A DNA stretch of 64,000 nucleotides from Candidatus Micrarchaeia archaeon (GCA_038881595.1 JAVZPM010000001.1:64001-128000), one strand, 5' to 3'. Positions 38,789 to 50,293 are shown, counted from the first letter of the stretch. Made by a program: numbers and translations. Notes: generated from the letters alone by a model not told the origin.

Positions 38789-39589
38789 CTATTCCTGCAC
38801 TTGTTGATCTACAGGTTCTTGAATCTGTTCTTCTTGGTCACCGTTTCCATTACTTTCCTCTATACTTGCAGATGATTTCTTGAAAAATTCTCTTAACGCC
38901 TCTATCTGCTTTTCTCTTATTTCAGGAACTTTTGCAAATGCAAGCTCTAACGCTTGAATAAATTCCTCCCTTGTCATCTTTCCATCCATCTGAAGAAGTA
39001 TTATTTCTCCTGTTGTTGGATTTATTGCTAATGGCATATCTGCCTGACCAAAATTATCCTCTTCTCTCATCATATCAACAGCTATCTTGTTGTCTATCTT
39101 TCCTACCGAAACACCTATAGGTATATCTCTCATTGGTATGCCTGCATTTGCAAGAGCAACTGCAGCTGCAGTAAGACCTGCAACTCTTGTAGAACCTTGG
39201 CCTTCAAGTATATCTACATATATATCTATTGCTGTTTTTGGATAAACCTCTTTTATTATAACATATTCAAATGCTTCCTTCATAACTTTTGAAATTTCTC
39301 TTGACCTTCTATTTGGACCTGCTCTTCCATGCTCCTCTGTAGAAAAAGGAGCCATCATGTATCTGCATCTAACTATTGAACCATAAAGATTGGTTTCATG
39401 CTTTGGAAAAACCTCTCTTGGCCCATATACTGCAGCAAGAACCTTGTTCTTTCCCCAGGTTAGGTAGGCACTTCCATTTGCCCTGTTGAGTACTCCTGCC
39501 TCTATTGTTATTGGCCTTAAATCTTCTAATCCTCGCCCATCTAATCTCTTACCGTTTACGATCAACGGCACTTCTGAATTTCCTCCCAT
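38789..39589 (-). CDS. rrp41: Exosome exonuclease Rrp41
   Basis: RLDGR, AVYGPRE, YMMAPFS, GSTRVAG, EEDNFG, LLQMDG. Confidence 0.95.
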   Translation of the reverse strand: MGGNSEVPLIVNGKRLDGRGLEDLRPITIEAGVLNRANGSAYLTWGKNKVLAAVYGPREVFPKHETNLYGSIVRCRYMMAPFSTEEHGRAGPNRRSREISKVMKEAFEYVIIKEVYPKTAIDIYVDILEGQGSTRVAGLTAAAVALANAGIPMRDIPIGVSVGKIDNKIAVDMMREEDNFGQADMPLAINPTTGEIILLQMDGKMTREEFIQALELAFAKVPEIREKQIEALREFFKKSSASIEESNGNGDQEEQIQEPVDQQVQE

Positions 39590-39639
39590 TAAATTCACCT
39601 CTAATAATCATAATTCTATTGAATCCATATGTACTATAG

Positions 39640-40284
39640 TTAGAATCTGTATTGCTCTCTTGAAGTCTGGAACCTTTTAAGCATTTCCTGAGTAACCCCA
39701 AGATATTCCATTATCCTATCTGTAAGCCCGCTTGTATGTGCTTCCCTTGAGATCTTTTCTATTGCGTCTATTGCCTTTGCTGAATTCTGACCTTTTATCC
39801 AAATAAGACCGTTTTTTCCTACTATTATCTCACATCCAGTTCCTATCTTTAGTATATTGAGCATTGATGAATGTTTTCCTATTACTCTTGAAATTTTTGT
39901 TGGTGAAATATCTATTATTTCTCCACCAACTAACTTTACTGGTTTAGAAAGCCATATGTCTTTTACCTCACTTATTTCTGAAACTTCTGCCAAAATTATA
40001 TCACCTACATTAAATGTAGTTCTAAGCATCTTTGAAGAAAGAAGACCATGATAAGGAGAAAATAAATTTACTCCATATCCTATTACTTTCTCCTCTTCTA
40101 TTATTCCTATCACACTGTCTCTAAGTGATGGAAGATAAGATGCTTTTATTGGCATAAATTTATTTTGCTGATCATCAAACATACCAACTATAGCTGCGTA
40201 TGTTTTTCCTTCCTTTATATATGTATAAGGATTTCTTATTGGCTTGTCTAAAAGTAAATCGCCAGGTATTACTAGTCTTCCCAT
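39640..40284 (-). CDS. rrp4: Exosome RNA-binding subunit Rrp4
   Basis: VIPGD, S1 and KH domains (RVIGKHSSM, GKNGLIW), AHTSGLTD. Confidence 0.93.
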   Translation of the reverse strand: MGRLVIPGDLLLDKPIRNPYTYIKEGKTYAAIVGMFDDQQNKFMPIKASYLPSLRDSVIGIIEEEKVIGYGVNLFSPYHGLLSSKMLRTTFNVGDIILAEVSEISEVKDIWLSKPVKLVGGEIIDISPTKISRVIGKHSSMLNILKIGTGCEIIVGKNGLIWIKGQNSAKAIDAIEKISREAHTSGLTDRIMEYLGVTQEMLKRFQTSREQYRF

Positions 40285-40483
40285 TTAATTCACCTTTCTT
40301 TTTTTTTTAGTTTTTCAAAATTCATAATTCTAATTTATTAAGTGTATAAAATAGTCGAATGAAAAGATCCCTCTTAATCAACGCCTAAGCAATAGTAAAA
40401 GCATATAGCGTGAAAAGATGAGGAATATAAATATCTTATACACTTATCATATTTAAAACTTTCCTTTTTAGTTTGAAACGTAC

Positions 40484-41185
40484 TTACTTTTTATCTTTAG
40501 GCATATTCTTTACTTGTGCTCTACCTGCTGTAAGTTTATTTATTTTATCAAGGAATTCAGTTTGCATTCCTGCTGGTATCTCTATCAATGCAATTAATGA
40601 ACCATCAGACTGCCATTCCTCTTTCTGTACATTGTAAGATTTTATACTACCATATATTTTCTGTGCCAAATCAGCAGGTACTTTTATTGCGTATACTGCA
40701 GTTTCTATTTTCATAGGTAGAATAGTTCTTAATGCTGAAATTACGTCATTTATCTGGTTTTCTGCTGGTTTGAACGGATCGATGTTTATTTTTACCTCTT
40801 CCATTGCTTTTTCAATTCTTTGTGGTGGGTGGGGTGCATTTGTCCTTGGATCTATAGTTTCTCTTGCTAGTATAGAAATAATTTTCTTTCTTTTTTCCTC
40901 CACCATCTGTCTTCTCTGCTCTGTTGTGATTGGAACATCTCCATTAAGCACTATTCTTTTTCCTATCTCAAAAATATCTTCTGTTCCAAAGGCCTTCTTT
41001 ACTTTTTCACCAGAAGCCCTTTCACCCTTCTTAGCATCTTTGAAGACCTCTTCTACCACTAAAACATTGTTAAAATCTTTTTTCTTTCCAAGCTTAAAAT
41101 CAAGAGCAGCGTTAGGATCAACATATATTTCAAATGTCTCTCCGTTTATCTTAATCGAGGCAACAACTGCCTTCTCTAGTCCCAT
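40484..41185 (-). CDS. sbds: Ribosome maturation factor SBDS/Sdo1
   Basis: [39 protein letters not shown]. Confidence 0.95.
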   Translation of the reverse strand: MGLEKAVVASIKINGETFEIYVDPNAALDFKLGKKKDFNNVLVVEEVFKDAKKGERASGEKVKKAFGTEDIFEIGKRIVLNGDVPITTEQRRQMVEEKRKKIISILARETIDPRTNAPHPPQRIEKAMEEVKINIDPFKPAENQINDVISALRTILPMKIETAVYAIKVPADLAQKIYGSIKSYNVQKEEWQSDGSLIALIEIPAGMQTEFLDKINKLTAGRAQVKNMPKDKK

Positions 41186-41222
41186 AAGATTACCTCTAGA
41201 CTTGTAAAATTAAATATTATAA

Positions 41223-41936
41223 TTAAACCTTAGAAACATAGCTTGAAACTTTCTCAGGAGAAAGAAATTCAAACTTCTTTGTAGATAATGGAACTATTCC
41301 TACATCAAATATCTCTGATTTTAGTTTCATATCTGGAATCTTTTTGAGGGCTTTGAATCCAAAAAGTATAAGCTCTTCTATATTCATTTTTTCATCATAT
41401 TCTTTTTCAAAGAATTCTGAAACTTCATTTCTTCCTGCTCCGATTACTGCTGCTTTCATACCAGTATATGAACCACTTGGTTCAGTTTCAAAAACCCTAG
41501 GTTCTGAATCTACACCTGCAAATATTAATGAAGCACCGAAAGGTCTTGCACCCCCATACTGAGTGTATGCTTGCATCATATCTGCTATTTCTCTTGTTAT
41601 ATATTCAACATCCGCAGGTTCGTTGTAAGTATATCTATATCTTTGTGCTTCTATTCTTGCTGTATCTATTAGTCTTCTTGCATCTGCTATCAATCCAGAT
41701 GCAACTATTGCCATGTGCTCATCTATGATGAATATCTTCTTCAATGATTCTGGAACAAATAATTTTGAAATCTTTGTCTTATGTGCTATGAACACTACTC
41801 CATCTTTTCCTGCCAATGCCATAGATGTTGCTCCTCTATTAACTGCTTCTTTTGCGTACTCTACTTGGAATAATCTTCCATCTGGAGAGAAAACTGTAAT
41901 TGCTCTATCATATGCAGAAGGTGATGTCGGATACAT
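41223..41936 (-). CDS. psmA: Proteasome alpha subunit
   Basis: YDRAITVFSPDGRLFQVEYA, TQYGGARPFG; start MYPT at 41936. Confidence 0.97.
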   Translation of the reverse strand: MYPTSPSAYDRAITVFSPDGRLFQVEYAKEAVNRGATSMALAGKDGVVFIAHKTKISKLFVPESLKKIFIIDEHMAIVASGLIADARRLIDTARIEAQRYRYTYNEPADVEYITREIADMMQAYTQYGGARPFGASLIFAGVDSEPRVFETEPSGSYTGMKAAVIGAGRNEVSEFFEKEYDEKMNIEELILFGFKALKKIPDMKLKSEIFDVGIVPLSTKKFEFLSPEKVSSYVSKV

Positions 41937-42038
41937 AATACCACTCCTTGTCATTGAATGACAAATAGAAAATAACAATAATTATTGTAGGTTTATATTT
42001 AAAAAACTATTGACATTAACCTAAAATTATAAAAGGTA

Positions 42039-42278
42039 TTATCTTGAATTGTTTGTTCTGTTCTGCTTATAGATGATAGACACTGATGTCATTCCTTCAT
42101 CCTGCTTTGATATGGCTGTATTGTTCTCTTTTTTGTCTTTGAAAACATTTCCTTCATTGAAAAGAACAAATGTGGTGTATAAAAGAAGTGCGAAAACAAA
42201 TAAAAGAAGAACAAATCCTAATAGCTGTCGGTTTGACTTGGTAAAAAGACTTTTTTCCTTCTTTCGCTTAGCAGCCAT
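42039..42278 (-). CDS. Small single-pass membrane protein
   Basis: Basic N-terminus plus one TM helix; AGGTG RBS. Confidence 0.6.
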   Translation of the reverse strand: MAAKRKKEKSLFTKSNRQLLGFVLLLFVFALLLYTTFVLFNEGNVFKDKKENNTAISKQDEGMTSVSIIYKQNRTNNSR

Positions 42279-42299
42279 ATCTACACCTTGCTCATCCGA

Positions 42300-43034
42300 T
42301 TATCTTACTATAGTATATTTTGACAAGTAAAGATGAGCTTGAAGGACAACTAGGAATGGAAGCACTATTGCAGAATTCATGAGAATAATGAATCCTTGTC
42401 TCATCATTGGATCTGAGAACATCATGAATGACAACGATGAGAACACGTAAATCATGATAAATGCAACCAAAAGCCACATTATGAAATTCAATGGCCGTCT
42501 TGCTATGTGGTTGAAGCTGCTTACCAATGCTGGAACTGGCTTTTTCTCTTCAAGAACCACTGCTGGTGCTATATAGAACAAACCTAATGAAACAATGAAA
42601 TTAACTAACAATGCAGGAAGTTCATTCATATTAATTGATAATAAATAACTGAGAAGCAAGAATTCAAGCACCTTTATTCCAACAAATATTCCAAATACTG
42701 TTAAAGTGTATCTTCCAAGGTTTCTCATTGCCTCTGCAGATACTCTTGTTCTTGTCCTTGAAGCCTTAACTACAAGGGTGACTGCAACTGCTGCAAGGGA
42801 GATAAAGAGTAATGAGATGCCTGCTGAAAATATTATTGTTATAAAATCCATCATTGTCATTTCTGGAATGCTTCCTGATCTAAGGAAATACCCACCTAGA
42901 GCTGTGAATACTGGTGCTGGTGAGAATGGAGGAAGCAAAAGAACTAATGAAAGCAAAAATGGAATTGAAAAGAATAATATCATCCCTATATTCTTTGTAT
43001 AGCTCTCTATTGCATTCTTAAGTGTATCTATCAT
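42300..43034 (-). CDS. Polytopic membrane protein
   Basis: About six TM segments. Confidence 0.75.
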   Translation of the reverse strand: MIDTLKNAIESYTKNIGMILFFSIPFLLSLVLLLPPFSPAPVFTALGGYFLRSGSIPEMTMMDFITIIFSAGISLLFISLAAVAVTLVVKASRTRTRVSAEAMRNLGRYTLTVFGIFVGIKVLEFLLLSYLLSINMNELPALLVNFIVSLGLFYIAPAVVLEEKKPVPALVSSFNHIARRPLNFIMWLLVAFIMIYVFSSLSFMMFSDPMMRQGFIILMNSAIVLPFLVVLQAHLYLSKYTIVR

Positions 43035-43122
43035 ATTTCCACCCTTGATTCATTCTAAGAAATAAATGTCCATCAAATCTTTTAAACATTCCTTTGTATG
43101 CCTATTTTACTTTATGCCTGAC

Positions 43123-44646
43123 TTATACCTTTCTTGCACATCCCGGAAGAGTGAATATTACAAAATATCTAGAATCAGTTTGAATCTTGCTTCCTCTTGT
43201 TGCTGCATCATCATAAGACCTGATTTCAACCTTGTAAACACCAGGCACATAGCTAAATGGAGAGGAAGATGAAATTGTTTCATTCAGGTTAATGAATATT
43301 CCGTCTGAATTGCTCCACCATGCTATGTTTCTTTCATTCACAGTAGGTGAATCGGTTGAACCAGAAATACCGGTCACATTAAATTTCAATCTCCAGTTCT
43401 TAAGGGTTGTATTATAGTAATAAATTGATATGTTTGTGACAATATCGTTTAGATATTGATTATGTGGATCCTCCCTCCATATTCTTGCTGTTATATTCAA
43501 CTTTGAAGGAAGAAATGTGTTTCCTTCATTAAAGAATCCTGATGGAGTTGCATAAATCCTTACGCTGATTGGATTAATGTCTCCAATAAGTACATTTCCT
43601 ACATTTACGTTTGCAACTGATGCTGCACCACATGTACCTATAATTGGAACTGTAGAATTGAAGTCAAAACTTATGGTAGGAGTGACGGTTGTTCCTGCTT
43701 GTAGAATGGGTGCTGTTGCTGACACTGTAAAATCTACAACCTCTCCCGCATTTATAGTTGAAGGTGAAAATGAATCAACTGAAAAGCCGTCAGATACTGT
43801 AACTCCAGAAATAGTAGCATTCATATCTCCTGAATTATTTAGCTTAAACTTAAATGTCACTGTTCCGCCAGGTGTCACACTATAATCAGTTTTAGTTGGA
43901 GTGAGAGTAAGGTTTGGACCTGAAATTACATTAATTTGAGTGGAATTTTCAAACGCATAGTTATTTAACATTTGATTACTATACCAACAATCTAAAGTAG
44001 GGCCTGATGTCTCAAACGATCTAGCTAGCAATGAGCATTCTCCTGTAATTAATCTTGCAGACAAATAGGTTAATCCTGTTGAAGAAACTGTAAATGGTGA
44101 AGATATTTGATTGTTGTTCTCATAAAAAGAAATGTTACCATAACAAAAAACACCCAAACTTGCAATTCCGGAGCTTTGATTAATTACTGATTTATAAATA
44201 GAAGTATAATTATATTGTGCCAAAGGATGTGGAGGTTGAGGGAATTTACTATAATTGCACCAAGAGCTTGTAATATTGTATTGTGATTTGTTTGCATTAT
44301 AGGCATTTTCTGAAATCCATAAAATAGATTGTGGGAAAGAAGATGATGGAGAAGAATAAGTAGAGCATTCACGAGGACATTCAACCACAACTGAAATTGG
44401 AGAAAATGTAGTGATATTATTTGCTGTTAAACCTAATTGAGAACCAGTACAAACATAACTCCCATTTGTTACTATAACTGAACCATAAGATATATTAAAT
44501 GGAATTACAGCGTTAAATCTCACTGTAGCATTAGATTGATTATTAATGTGTGATAAAAATATTGTTTGAATATCTATGGCGTTAATTAAAGAAGAAAGAA
44601 ATATGATAAAGTAAAATATGGAAACATTGGATCGTAGAAAATACAA
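43123..44646 (-). CDS. Secreted Ser/Thr/Asn-rich protein with Ig-like (NEW3/CARDB-like) domain
   Basis: Signal peptide, multiple Cys, VTPGGTVTFKFKLNNSGD...PSTINAGE motif, many sequons. Confidence 0.7.
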   Translation of the reverse strand: MYFLRSNVSIFYFIIFLSSLINAIDIQTIFLSHINNQSNATVRFNAVIPFNISYGSVIVTNGSYVCTGSQLGLTANNITTFSPISVVVECPRECSTYSSPSSSFPQSILWISENAYNANKSQYNITSSWCNYSKFPQPPHPLAQYNYTSIYKSVINQSSGIASLGVFCYGNISFYENNNQISSPFTVSSTGLTYLSARLITGECSLLARSFETSGPTLDCWYSNQMLNNYAFENSTQINVISGPNLTLTPTKTDYSVTPGGTVTFKFKLNNSGDMNATISGVTVSDGFSVDSFSPSTINAGEVVDFTVSATAPILQAGTTVTPTISFDFNSTVPIIGTCGAASVANVNVGNVLIGDINPISVRIYATPSGFFNEGNTFLPSKLNITARIWREDPHNQYLNDIVTNISIYYYNTTLKNWRLKFNVTGISGSTDSPTVNERNIAWWSNSDGIFINLNETISSSSPFSYVPGVYKVEIRSYDDAATRGSKIQTDSRYFVIFTLPGCARKV

Positions 44647-44672
44647 ATGATCACCTAATCGTTTAACTTAAT

Positions 44673-47600
44673 TTATTTTAATCCTATTTTAACTGAAAAA
44701 CCATAATTAGAGCCCTCCAAAGCATTCCATCTACCATACATTCCAACCTCGTCTAAGAAGTCGACATTAAATGGTTTCTTCCAAGATGCATAAATCTCTG
44801 TGGCTTTAGTTCCACCTAACTCCTTTCTAATGTATGTAGATGCCTTACCAAGATTAAATGTGGATTCGACATATGAGAACTTTTCTTTATTCAACTTCAT
44901 ACCTTCTTTTTTATCATATTCGAATATGTCACCTAATCCTATGTCCAATACGGGAGAGACCTTCTTTCCAGTTAACAAATATAATAAGTCAGATAGTGGT
45001 GATAAAGATATATATTTTGCTTCTATACGTGTGCTATAATAATTGGTACCGAAAAGGTTGTATTGAGTGTAACTTAACTTAGTTGCTTGAGGTATGCTTG
45101 CAATTATCTGCAATAGATTCTTTTTAGTCAAAATCGAATCAACAATGTTATCTCCTGCTCCAATAAAATCAAAGTGCCTAAAACCATTACCAAAAAGAAG
45201 ATTTAAACTACCGTACTTTCCTTTTTTAGTACGACCAAAATCAAAAGTCCCGCCCCATAAACCATCGCTTTCTTCAAAATGAATTTTCTGCTGTGTCACA
45301 ATTGGATCACTGTAGGTACCATCTGGATTTATTTCCTGTATTGTAGTAGTCAGCATTCCATCTAACTTTGTAGTTGCTCTTCCATAAGTTATACCTGAAA
45401 AAGATAATATTGAAGCATCTTTCAAAGGAATCATATTAATTGGCTTCTCTAATGCAATTGAAAAGGTATTAATTTTCATAGAGGTTGTGATATCGGTTGT
45501 GGCTTGACTCTTAGCTAAAAATATTCTGCTAAGATCTGCAGCACCTCCATAATTTCTACCTTTCATTATATCTATCCATCTATTTAAGTCGTTTACTTTG
45601 CCATCTTTAAATGACTGCAGAAATTCTTTATCTGAATTTGAAAGTGAAGAATCATTTGCTAATTTACTATCCCATATTACAGAGGTAAAATCTCTTGCAG
45701 ATTGAATTAATTTCCAAGCTGCATTGTTTATATCTTCTTCTCTTCCGGATGATAGCGCTTTCTCCAAATCTATAGAGGAATAGTAGAGATTATTTAAATA
45801 ATCTATATTTATTCCCAAGTCTTTTGCAACGCTATAGAATGAGTTAGGATCAAACGAAAGACCTTGAACGCTCATTCTTGATGTAGCTGAAGGAATGATT
45901 GGGGGTTTTGGTAAATATTCTCTTTCAACAAATGACAATCTAGAATCTTTTTTGTCTCTATTAAATGCAAAATTATTTTCAGTTAATAATTTTGCACCGC
46001 TGTATCTGCCATATGGTGGAATAATCTCCCATCTTATTTTAAATCCGTCTTCAGTTTTTTGAACTGTAATTAATTTTGCTCTTGTGAATTCGAATAAACC
46101 TAAGACTTTTAATGGACATGGATAATAGTTAAATGAAATAATTTTTTCATTTTTCGATATGACTTCTAATGTTTCATCTTTTCTCTGATATAACTCTATC
46201 TTTTCTTTAGAGGTTTTATCAATATAACTGTTAGAAAATTTCCAACCATTGTTTAACAGATACTTTTTCTCAAACCAACCTAAATCTATATTAAATCTGT
46301 CCCCTCTTGGCCAATTCTCCCCAATTCCAACTGTCTTTCTAATGGCAGTGGTATTTATAGGTTGAAGTATTAATGGAAATGAACCGTTAACATATTTAGT
46401 GTATTGTCTTTTTTCAACATCGAATACATATACTTCCGCATCCATATCATTGTAAATTGTACCTGATACTGAATCGAAAGTTGGATCTCTCTCTTCTTTT
46501 GTAGTTACTATATCTTTAGGTACTAAAATAAAAGATTTCCATTTATTCTCAAGAATTTTTTCTGCATTTTGTATATCTCTCTGTGTTAATGTTGCACTAA
46601 TTCTTTCTTTTCCATCGAAATAAATGGCTTTAAACCAAGGATTATGGATTGTAAACAACTCCGGATATCCAGTATAATTTGGTAAAGTACCATAAAAAAA
46701 TGCTTGATAAATTTTAATCATAAATGACTTCATATCTTTTTTAGACATTTTTTCTAGATTTATGTCTTTATTTTGAATGCTGTCGCTTATTAATTTCGCT
46801 ACAAGAGGAAACTTATTAGGTGGATATAATTTAAGAAAATCTTTTTTCTGAATAGCTTCAATTATTTTAGGCAGGTTTTGTTCTATACTCTTGAAGCATA
46901 GTTCTAATGCCTTCATGTAATTTACAGCTTCATTCATTTTTTTCTTAAATAGCTCTTCATTTTCATTGCTTCTTGGATCTCCTATATATTTATTAAATCC
47001 TTCCTTGACTAAGATACTTGTAATATCTGAATATATATCTGGTATAAAGTTTGCAACCTCAGGATACTTTGAAATCAATTTAATTAAAAGGTTATTTATT
47101 TCATCTTTAGTTTCACCATACATTTGTCTAAGGGTGGGATCAGGAATCACATTACCTTTTTCCGGATCCATGTCTACATTTCTAAGAGGTTTATCTGTCT
47201 TCTTAGGAGAGATATATTTCTTTAATAAGTTGTACATCTCATCCTCATAATTTTGAGGGTATTTACCTGCGCTATATATTTCATCTAACCTCTGAAATGG
47301 GTTTCCTTTACTGGTATCATAAGATACTCCATTCCAATCTATTTGAGAAACATCAACACCTTCTTCTTTTAATCTTTTTAAGACTATATCTTCTTTTAAT
47401 CTTTTTAAGACTCTATAAAGAATTGCAATTTGAGAATCCTCTGGATTAAGATTAAGAATATATTTCGTTCCTCTTCCATACCCGCCCATATAGTAGCCTA
47501 TATCGATTTCTTTTCTATTTTTAATAGCATCTAATATAGCATTAGCCATTTCTTCGTTTTCAGTGATATATGCTACAAGTAAAAACATTTTAGCTTCCAT

Positions 47601-48050
47601 AAAAGGAGTTATAGAACCATCACGTTTCATGTTTGCATAATTCTCTGGTACGTGCATTTCACCTAAGCCCTTTTTATAATTTTCTATAGAAAAAATTCGA
47701 TCTTCGTAACCTGCTGACTTTAATTTTTTTTCTATTTCCTTTATCTTTTTATCATCTAATTTTGATTCAAGTTCTTTTATGATTTTAAAAGTAGTATCTA
47801 ATTTTTTATAAGAATTAATAGGCCATTCTATTTGTCGAATCTTTTCCTGTTCTTCCTTTTGCTTCTGTGCAGTCGCCAATTTATCACCCATTCTCTCCAC
47901 CTTTATACTACTATTATTTTGTATGTATTTAAATACCTTTGTTTCTTTTGTATATATCGGTTCAAATAGTGGCTCAAAAAGAAGAAAAGATGAAAATATG
48001 AGTTTGTTGACTCTGATTAAAGCTACCTCCTTATAATTACGAATAGACAT
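44673..48050 (-). CDS. Giant orphan protein (1125 aa) with C-terminal amphipathic beta-strand region
   Basis: Long ORF; N-terminus similar to 51777..55475; ends ...EVGMYGRWNALEGSNYGFSVKIGLK. Confidence 0.75.
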   Translation of the reverse strand: MSIRNYKEVALIRVNKLIFSSFLLFEPLFEPIYTKETKVFKYIQNNSSIKVERMGDKLATAQKQKEEQEKIRQIEWPINSYKKLDTTFKIIKELESKLDDKKIKEIEKKLKSAGYEDRIFSIENYKKGLGEMHVPENYANMKRDGSITPFMEAKMFLLVAYITENEEMANAILDAIKNRKEIDIGYYMGGYGRGTKYILNLNPEDSQIAILYRVLKRLKEDIVLKRLKEEGVDVSQIDWNGVSYDTSKGNPFQRLDEIYSAGKYPQNYEDEMYNLLKKYISPKKTDKPLRNVDMDPEKGNVIPDPTLRQMYGETKDEINNLLIKLISKYPEVANFIPDIYSDITSILVKEGFNKYIGDPRSNENEELFKKKMNEAVNYMKALELCFKSIEQNLPKIIEAIQKKDFLKLYPPNKFPLVAKLISDSIQNKDINLEKMSKKDMKSFMIKIYQAFFYGTLPNYTGYPELFTIHNPWFKAIYFDGKERISATLTQRDIQNAEKILENKWKSFILVPKDIVTTKEERDPTFDSVSGTIYNDMDAEVYVFDVEKRQYTKYVNGSFPLILQPINTTAIRKTVGIGENWPRGDRFNIDLGWFEKKYLLNNGWKFSNSYIDKTSKEKIELYQRKDETLEVISKNEKIISFNYYPCPLKVLGLFEFTRAKLITVQKTEDGFKIRWEIIPPYGRYSGAKLLTENNFAFNRDKKDSRLSFVEREYLPKPPIIPSATSRMSVQGLSFDPNSFYSVAKDLGINIDYLNNLYYSSIDLEKALSSGREEDINNAAWKLIQSARDFTSVIWDSKLANDSSLSNSDKEFLQSFKDGKVNDLNRWIDIMKGRNYGGAADLSRIFLAKSQATTDITTSMKINTFSIALEKPINMIPLKDASILSFSGITYGRATTKLDGMLTTTIQEINPDGTYSDPIVTQQKIHFEESDGLWGGTFDFGRTKKGKYGSLNLLFGNGFRHFDFIGAGDNIVDSILTKKNLLQIIASIPQATKLSYTQYNLFGTNYYSTRIEAKYISLSPLSDLLYLLTGKKVSPVLDIGLGDIFEYDKKEGMKLNKEKFSYVESTFNLGKASTYIRKELGGTKATEIYASWKKPFNVDFLDEVGMYGRWNALEGSNYGFSVKIGLK
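47362..47412. repeat. Tandem duplication, 27-bp period (24 identical bp)
   Basis: TCTTCTTTTAATCTTTTTAAGACT at 47362 and 47389; encodes VLKRLKE twice. Confidence 0.85.
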
Positions 48051-48123
48051 ATTATAATAAGAATATTGGAATTAAAATAACTTTCGCTTGTATTAAACCC
48101 TGGTAATTAAAAAATAAAGTTAC

Positions 48124-49251
48124 TTAATATTCTTTTTTCATCCTTAAAATAACAAATTTTTGTTTTACATCTATAAAGTAGGTTATATTTTTGTTACCTA
48201 TCTTTACTTCTACTTCTGAAGGCTGCTTGTTTAAAAGATCGTTTAAAAAAGTAGTATTAAAATCGTCTCGACTGAGAGATATGCTATCTTTGGGCGTATT
48301 TGTTGACTTATCAATATTATTAATTATTTCATTTTTAATATCATCTAATTTACTGAATTTCTTCGTGATTTGAGATTGAGACATGTTAGAAAATGTCGCT
48401 GTTGAAACAGAAACTACTTGTTTCTCCGTAGGTTTTTTCTCTAACTCTTCTTCTTTTATCTTTTTACCTATTTTTTTTCCTCCTTCTAATAGACTCAATA
48501 AATACTTCTGTTGTGCTAAAATTTCTTGTTGCCTCCTTTCAAGCTCTGCTATCTTTTGTTTATTTTCTTCTTTCTCTACAGCAAGCTCTTTTTTAACTTC
48601 CATTAGTTTTTCAGTTAATTCTTTATTTTTATTAGTAAGTAATTGTATAAGTTTTTGTTTAGTTTCTTCTGCCTTCATAACTTCATCCTTATACTTTCCA
48701 GAGAGATATTCTCTAGCAAATTCCAAAACTGTTTTTGTATCTTCGAAATACTCCTTTGTCCATTTTTTAATTGTTTTTAATTTGTCACTTTTATTTTTTT
48801 GTTCTGGCTGTATTTTGTCTATTACTTTTTCCATTTCCTTAATTGATTGTTCTAAAGACTGAGTAGATTCTTGTATTTCAGCGATAGGAATGGAAGAAAT
48901 TTCAATTTCTTGAGGTTTAACTTCCTCAATAACTTTTTGTTGTTCTAATTTTTCTGCCTCTTCTCTATACATTTTTATAAGATCATCTAAATTGATCTTG
49001 ATTCCAAATCGATAATATTTTTTAGCATTATAGCCTTTATCTAAAGATTCAAGAAATTTATTTCTTGGAGATTCGTCTTTAAATTCTATGATAATACCTT
49101 CTCGGTCAGAACGGATCAATTTTATATCATTATTTAACCTTATTTTTTCTATAAAAGAATTAGGTGCAACTTGATCTAAATAATCTTTTATAAATTTATC
49201 AATATCAAATTTTTCCTTTTGAACTTGAGTCATCTTTCCACCTTCTTTCAT
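48124..49251 (-). CDS. Lys/Glu-rich coiled-coil hypothetical protein
   Basis: 375-aa ORF; tandem starts at 49251 and 49233. Confidence 0.7.
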   Translation of the reverse strand: MKEGGKMTQVQKEKFDIDKFIKDYLDQVAPNSFIEKIRLNNDIKLIRSDREGIIIEFKDESPRNKFLESLDKGYNAKKYYRFGIKINLDDLIKMYREEAEKLEQQKVIEEVKPQEIEISSIPIAEIQESTQSLEQSIKEMEKVIDKIQPEQKNKSDKLKTIKKWTKEYFEDTKTVLEFAREYLSGKYKDEVMKAEETKQKLIQLLTNKNKELTEKLMEVKKELAVEKEENKQKIAELERRQQEILAQQKYLLSLLEGGKKIGKKIKEEELEKKPTEKQVVSVSTATFSNMSQSQITKKFSKLDDIKNEIINNIDKSTNTPKDSISLSRDDFNTTFLNDLLNKQPSEVEVKIGNKNITYFIDVKQKFVILRMKKEY

Positions 49252-49348
49252 GTCACCACGATATACTAAAGTACATTATTATTTATATATGTTTCCCTTT
49301 TGCTTTTAAAAAAGATAAATATTTAAATCATAAAATATATATCCAATT

Positions 49349-50293
49349 ATGCAAAAACAGATAGAACAAAATAAATATGAAGAAATAAAAAAGAAATATG
49401 AAGAGATTAATAAAAAATTCAAAAATTTCACTAATTTAAATTCTAGTCAAAGGAAAGAATTAATTCGTGAAATTTCTGATTTAAATAATAAAATTAAAGA
49501 CAATCCTAATTTTGGTAAGATGCTTGAAAAAGAAATGAATATTATACTTTATGATAAAGATGGTAAGTATAATGGAAATAGATTTAAGATAATGGCGTAC
49601 TGGATAAGAAGGGAAGAAATTAACAAAGAAACATTGAAATTACGAGATGATAATTTAGCAGTTATTGAACTCATAAATGAACCATCTATTCGTAAAAGAC
49701 TCAATAAAACTAAAGAAGCGATAGAAAACCTCAGAAATGCTGAAATAGAAGAAAATGTAAATAATATAAAAATAAGAAAATATTACCTAGACATAATAGA
49801 AATATATAGAAATAGTATAGAAATTGCAAAAGAAAGAGGAGTGGATTATAAAGGTATGTTAATGGGAATGGAAGATGCAGAAAAATTCAATAATTTCATG
49901 GTCGGGCAAATAGATCTTTCATTAGCAGGTTTGATGAGTAAGGAATTCGCTAAGATTATATATCAGCATAAATCATTATTTAAGAATAAAAAAGAGTATA
50001 GTAATGAAGAAATTCATTTAATGGAAAATATAAAGAAAGAAATACAAACCAAAATAGACCAACTTACAAAAAATCTTGAAAATGTTAAAGAAATAAAAGA
50101 AAGAAGTCTTTCTTTTTTCAAAAAAGTTGCAAGTGGAGACAAGAACATTTCTATAGAAATGGTAAAGGAAGCAGCAGAAAAATGGAAAAATTTTGTTCCT
50201 AATGCAAAGAAAATTGAAGAGCAAACAAAAATAGAGATAGAAGGTCTACTTCTTGCTTATTCTGCTTTAGATAGATTACAAAAAGCAGCGTGA
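49349..50293 (+). CDS. Helical hypothetical protein
   Basis: 314-aa ORF, TATA-like TTTAAAT about 27 nt upstream. Confidence 0.7.
   Translation: MQKQIEQNKYEEIKKKYEEINKKFKNFTNLNSSQRKELIREISDLNNKIKDNPNFGKMLEKEMNIILYDKDGKYNGNRFKIMAYWIRREEINKETLKLRDDNLAVIELINEPSIRKRLNKTKEAIENLRNAEIEENVNNIKIRKYYLDIIEIYRNSIEIAKERGVDYKGMLMGMEDAEKFNNFMVGQIDLSLAGLMSKEFAKIIYQHKSLFKNKKEYSNEEIHLMENIKKEIQTKIDQLTKNLENVKEIKERSLSFFKKVASGDKNISIEMVKEAAEKWKNFVPNAKKIEEQTKIEIEGLLLAYSALDRLQKAA

Noticed and set aside
40355..40425. Repeated TGAAAAGAT between sbds and rrp4 as a possible C/D RNA or small ORF
   Set aside because: No convincing D boxes, spacing, terminal stem or ORF.
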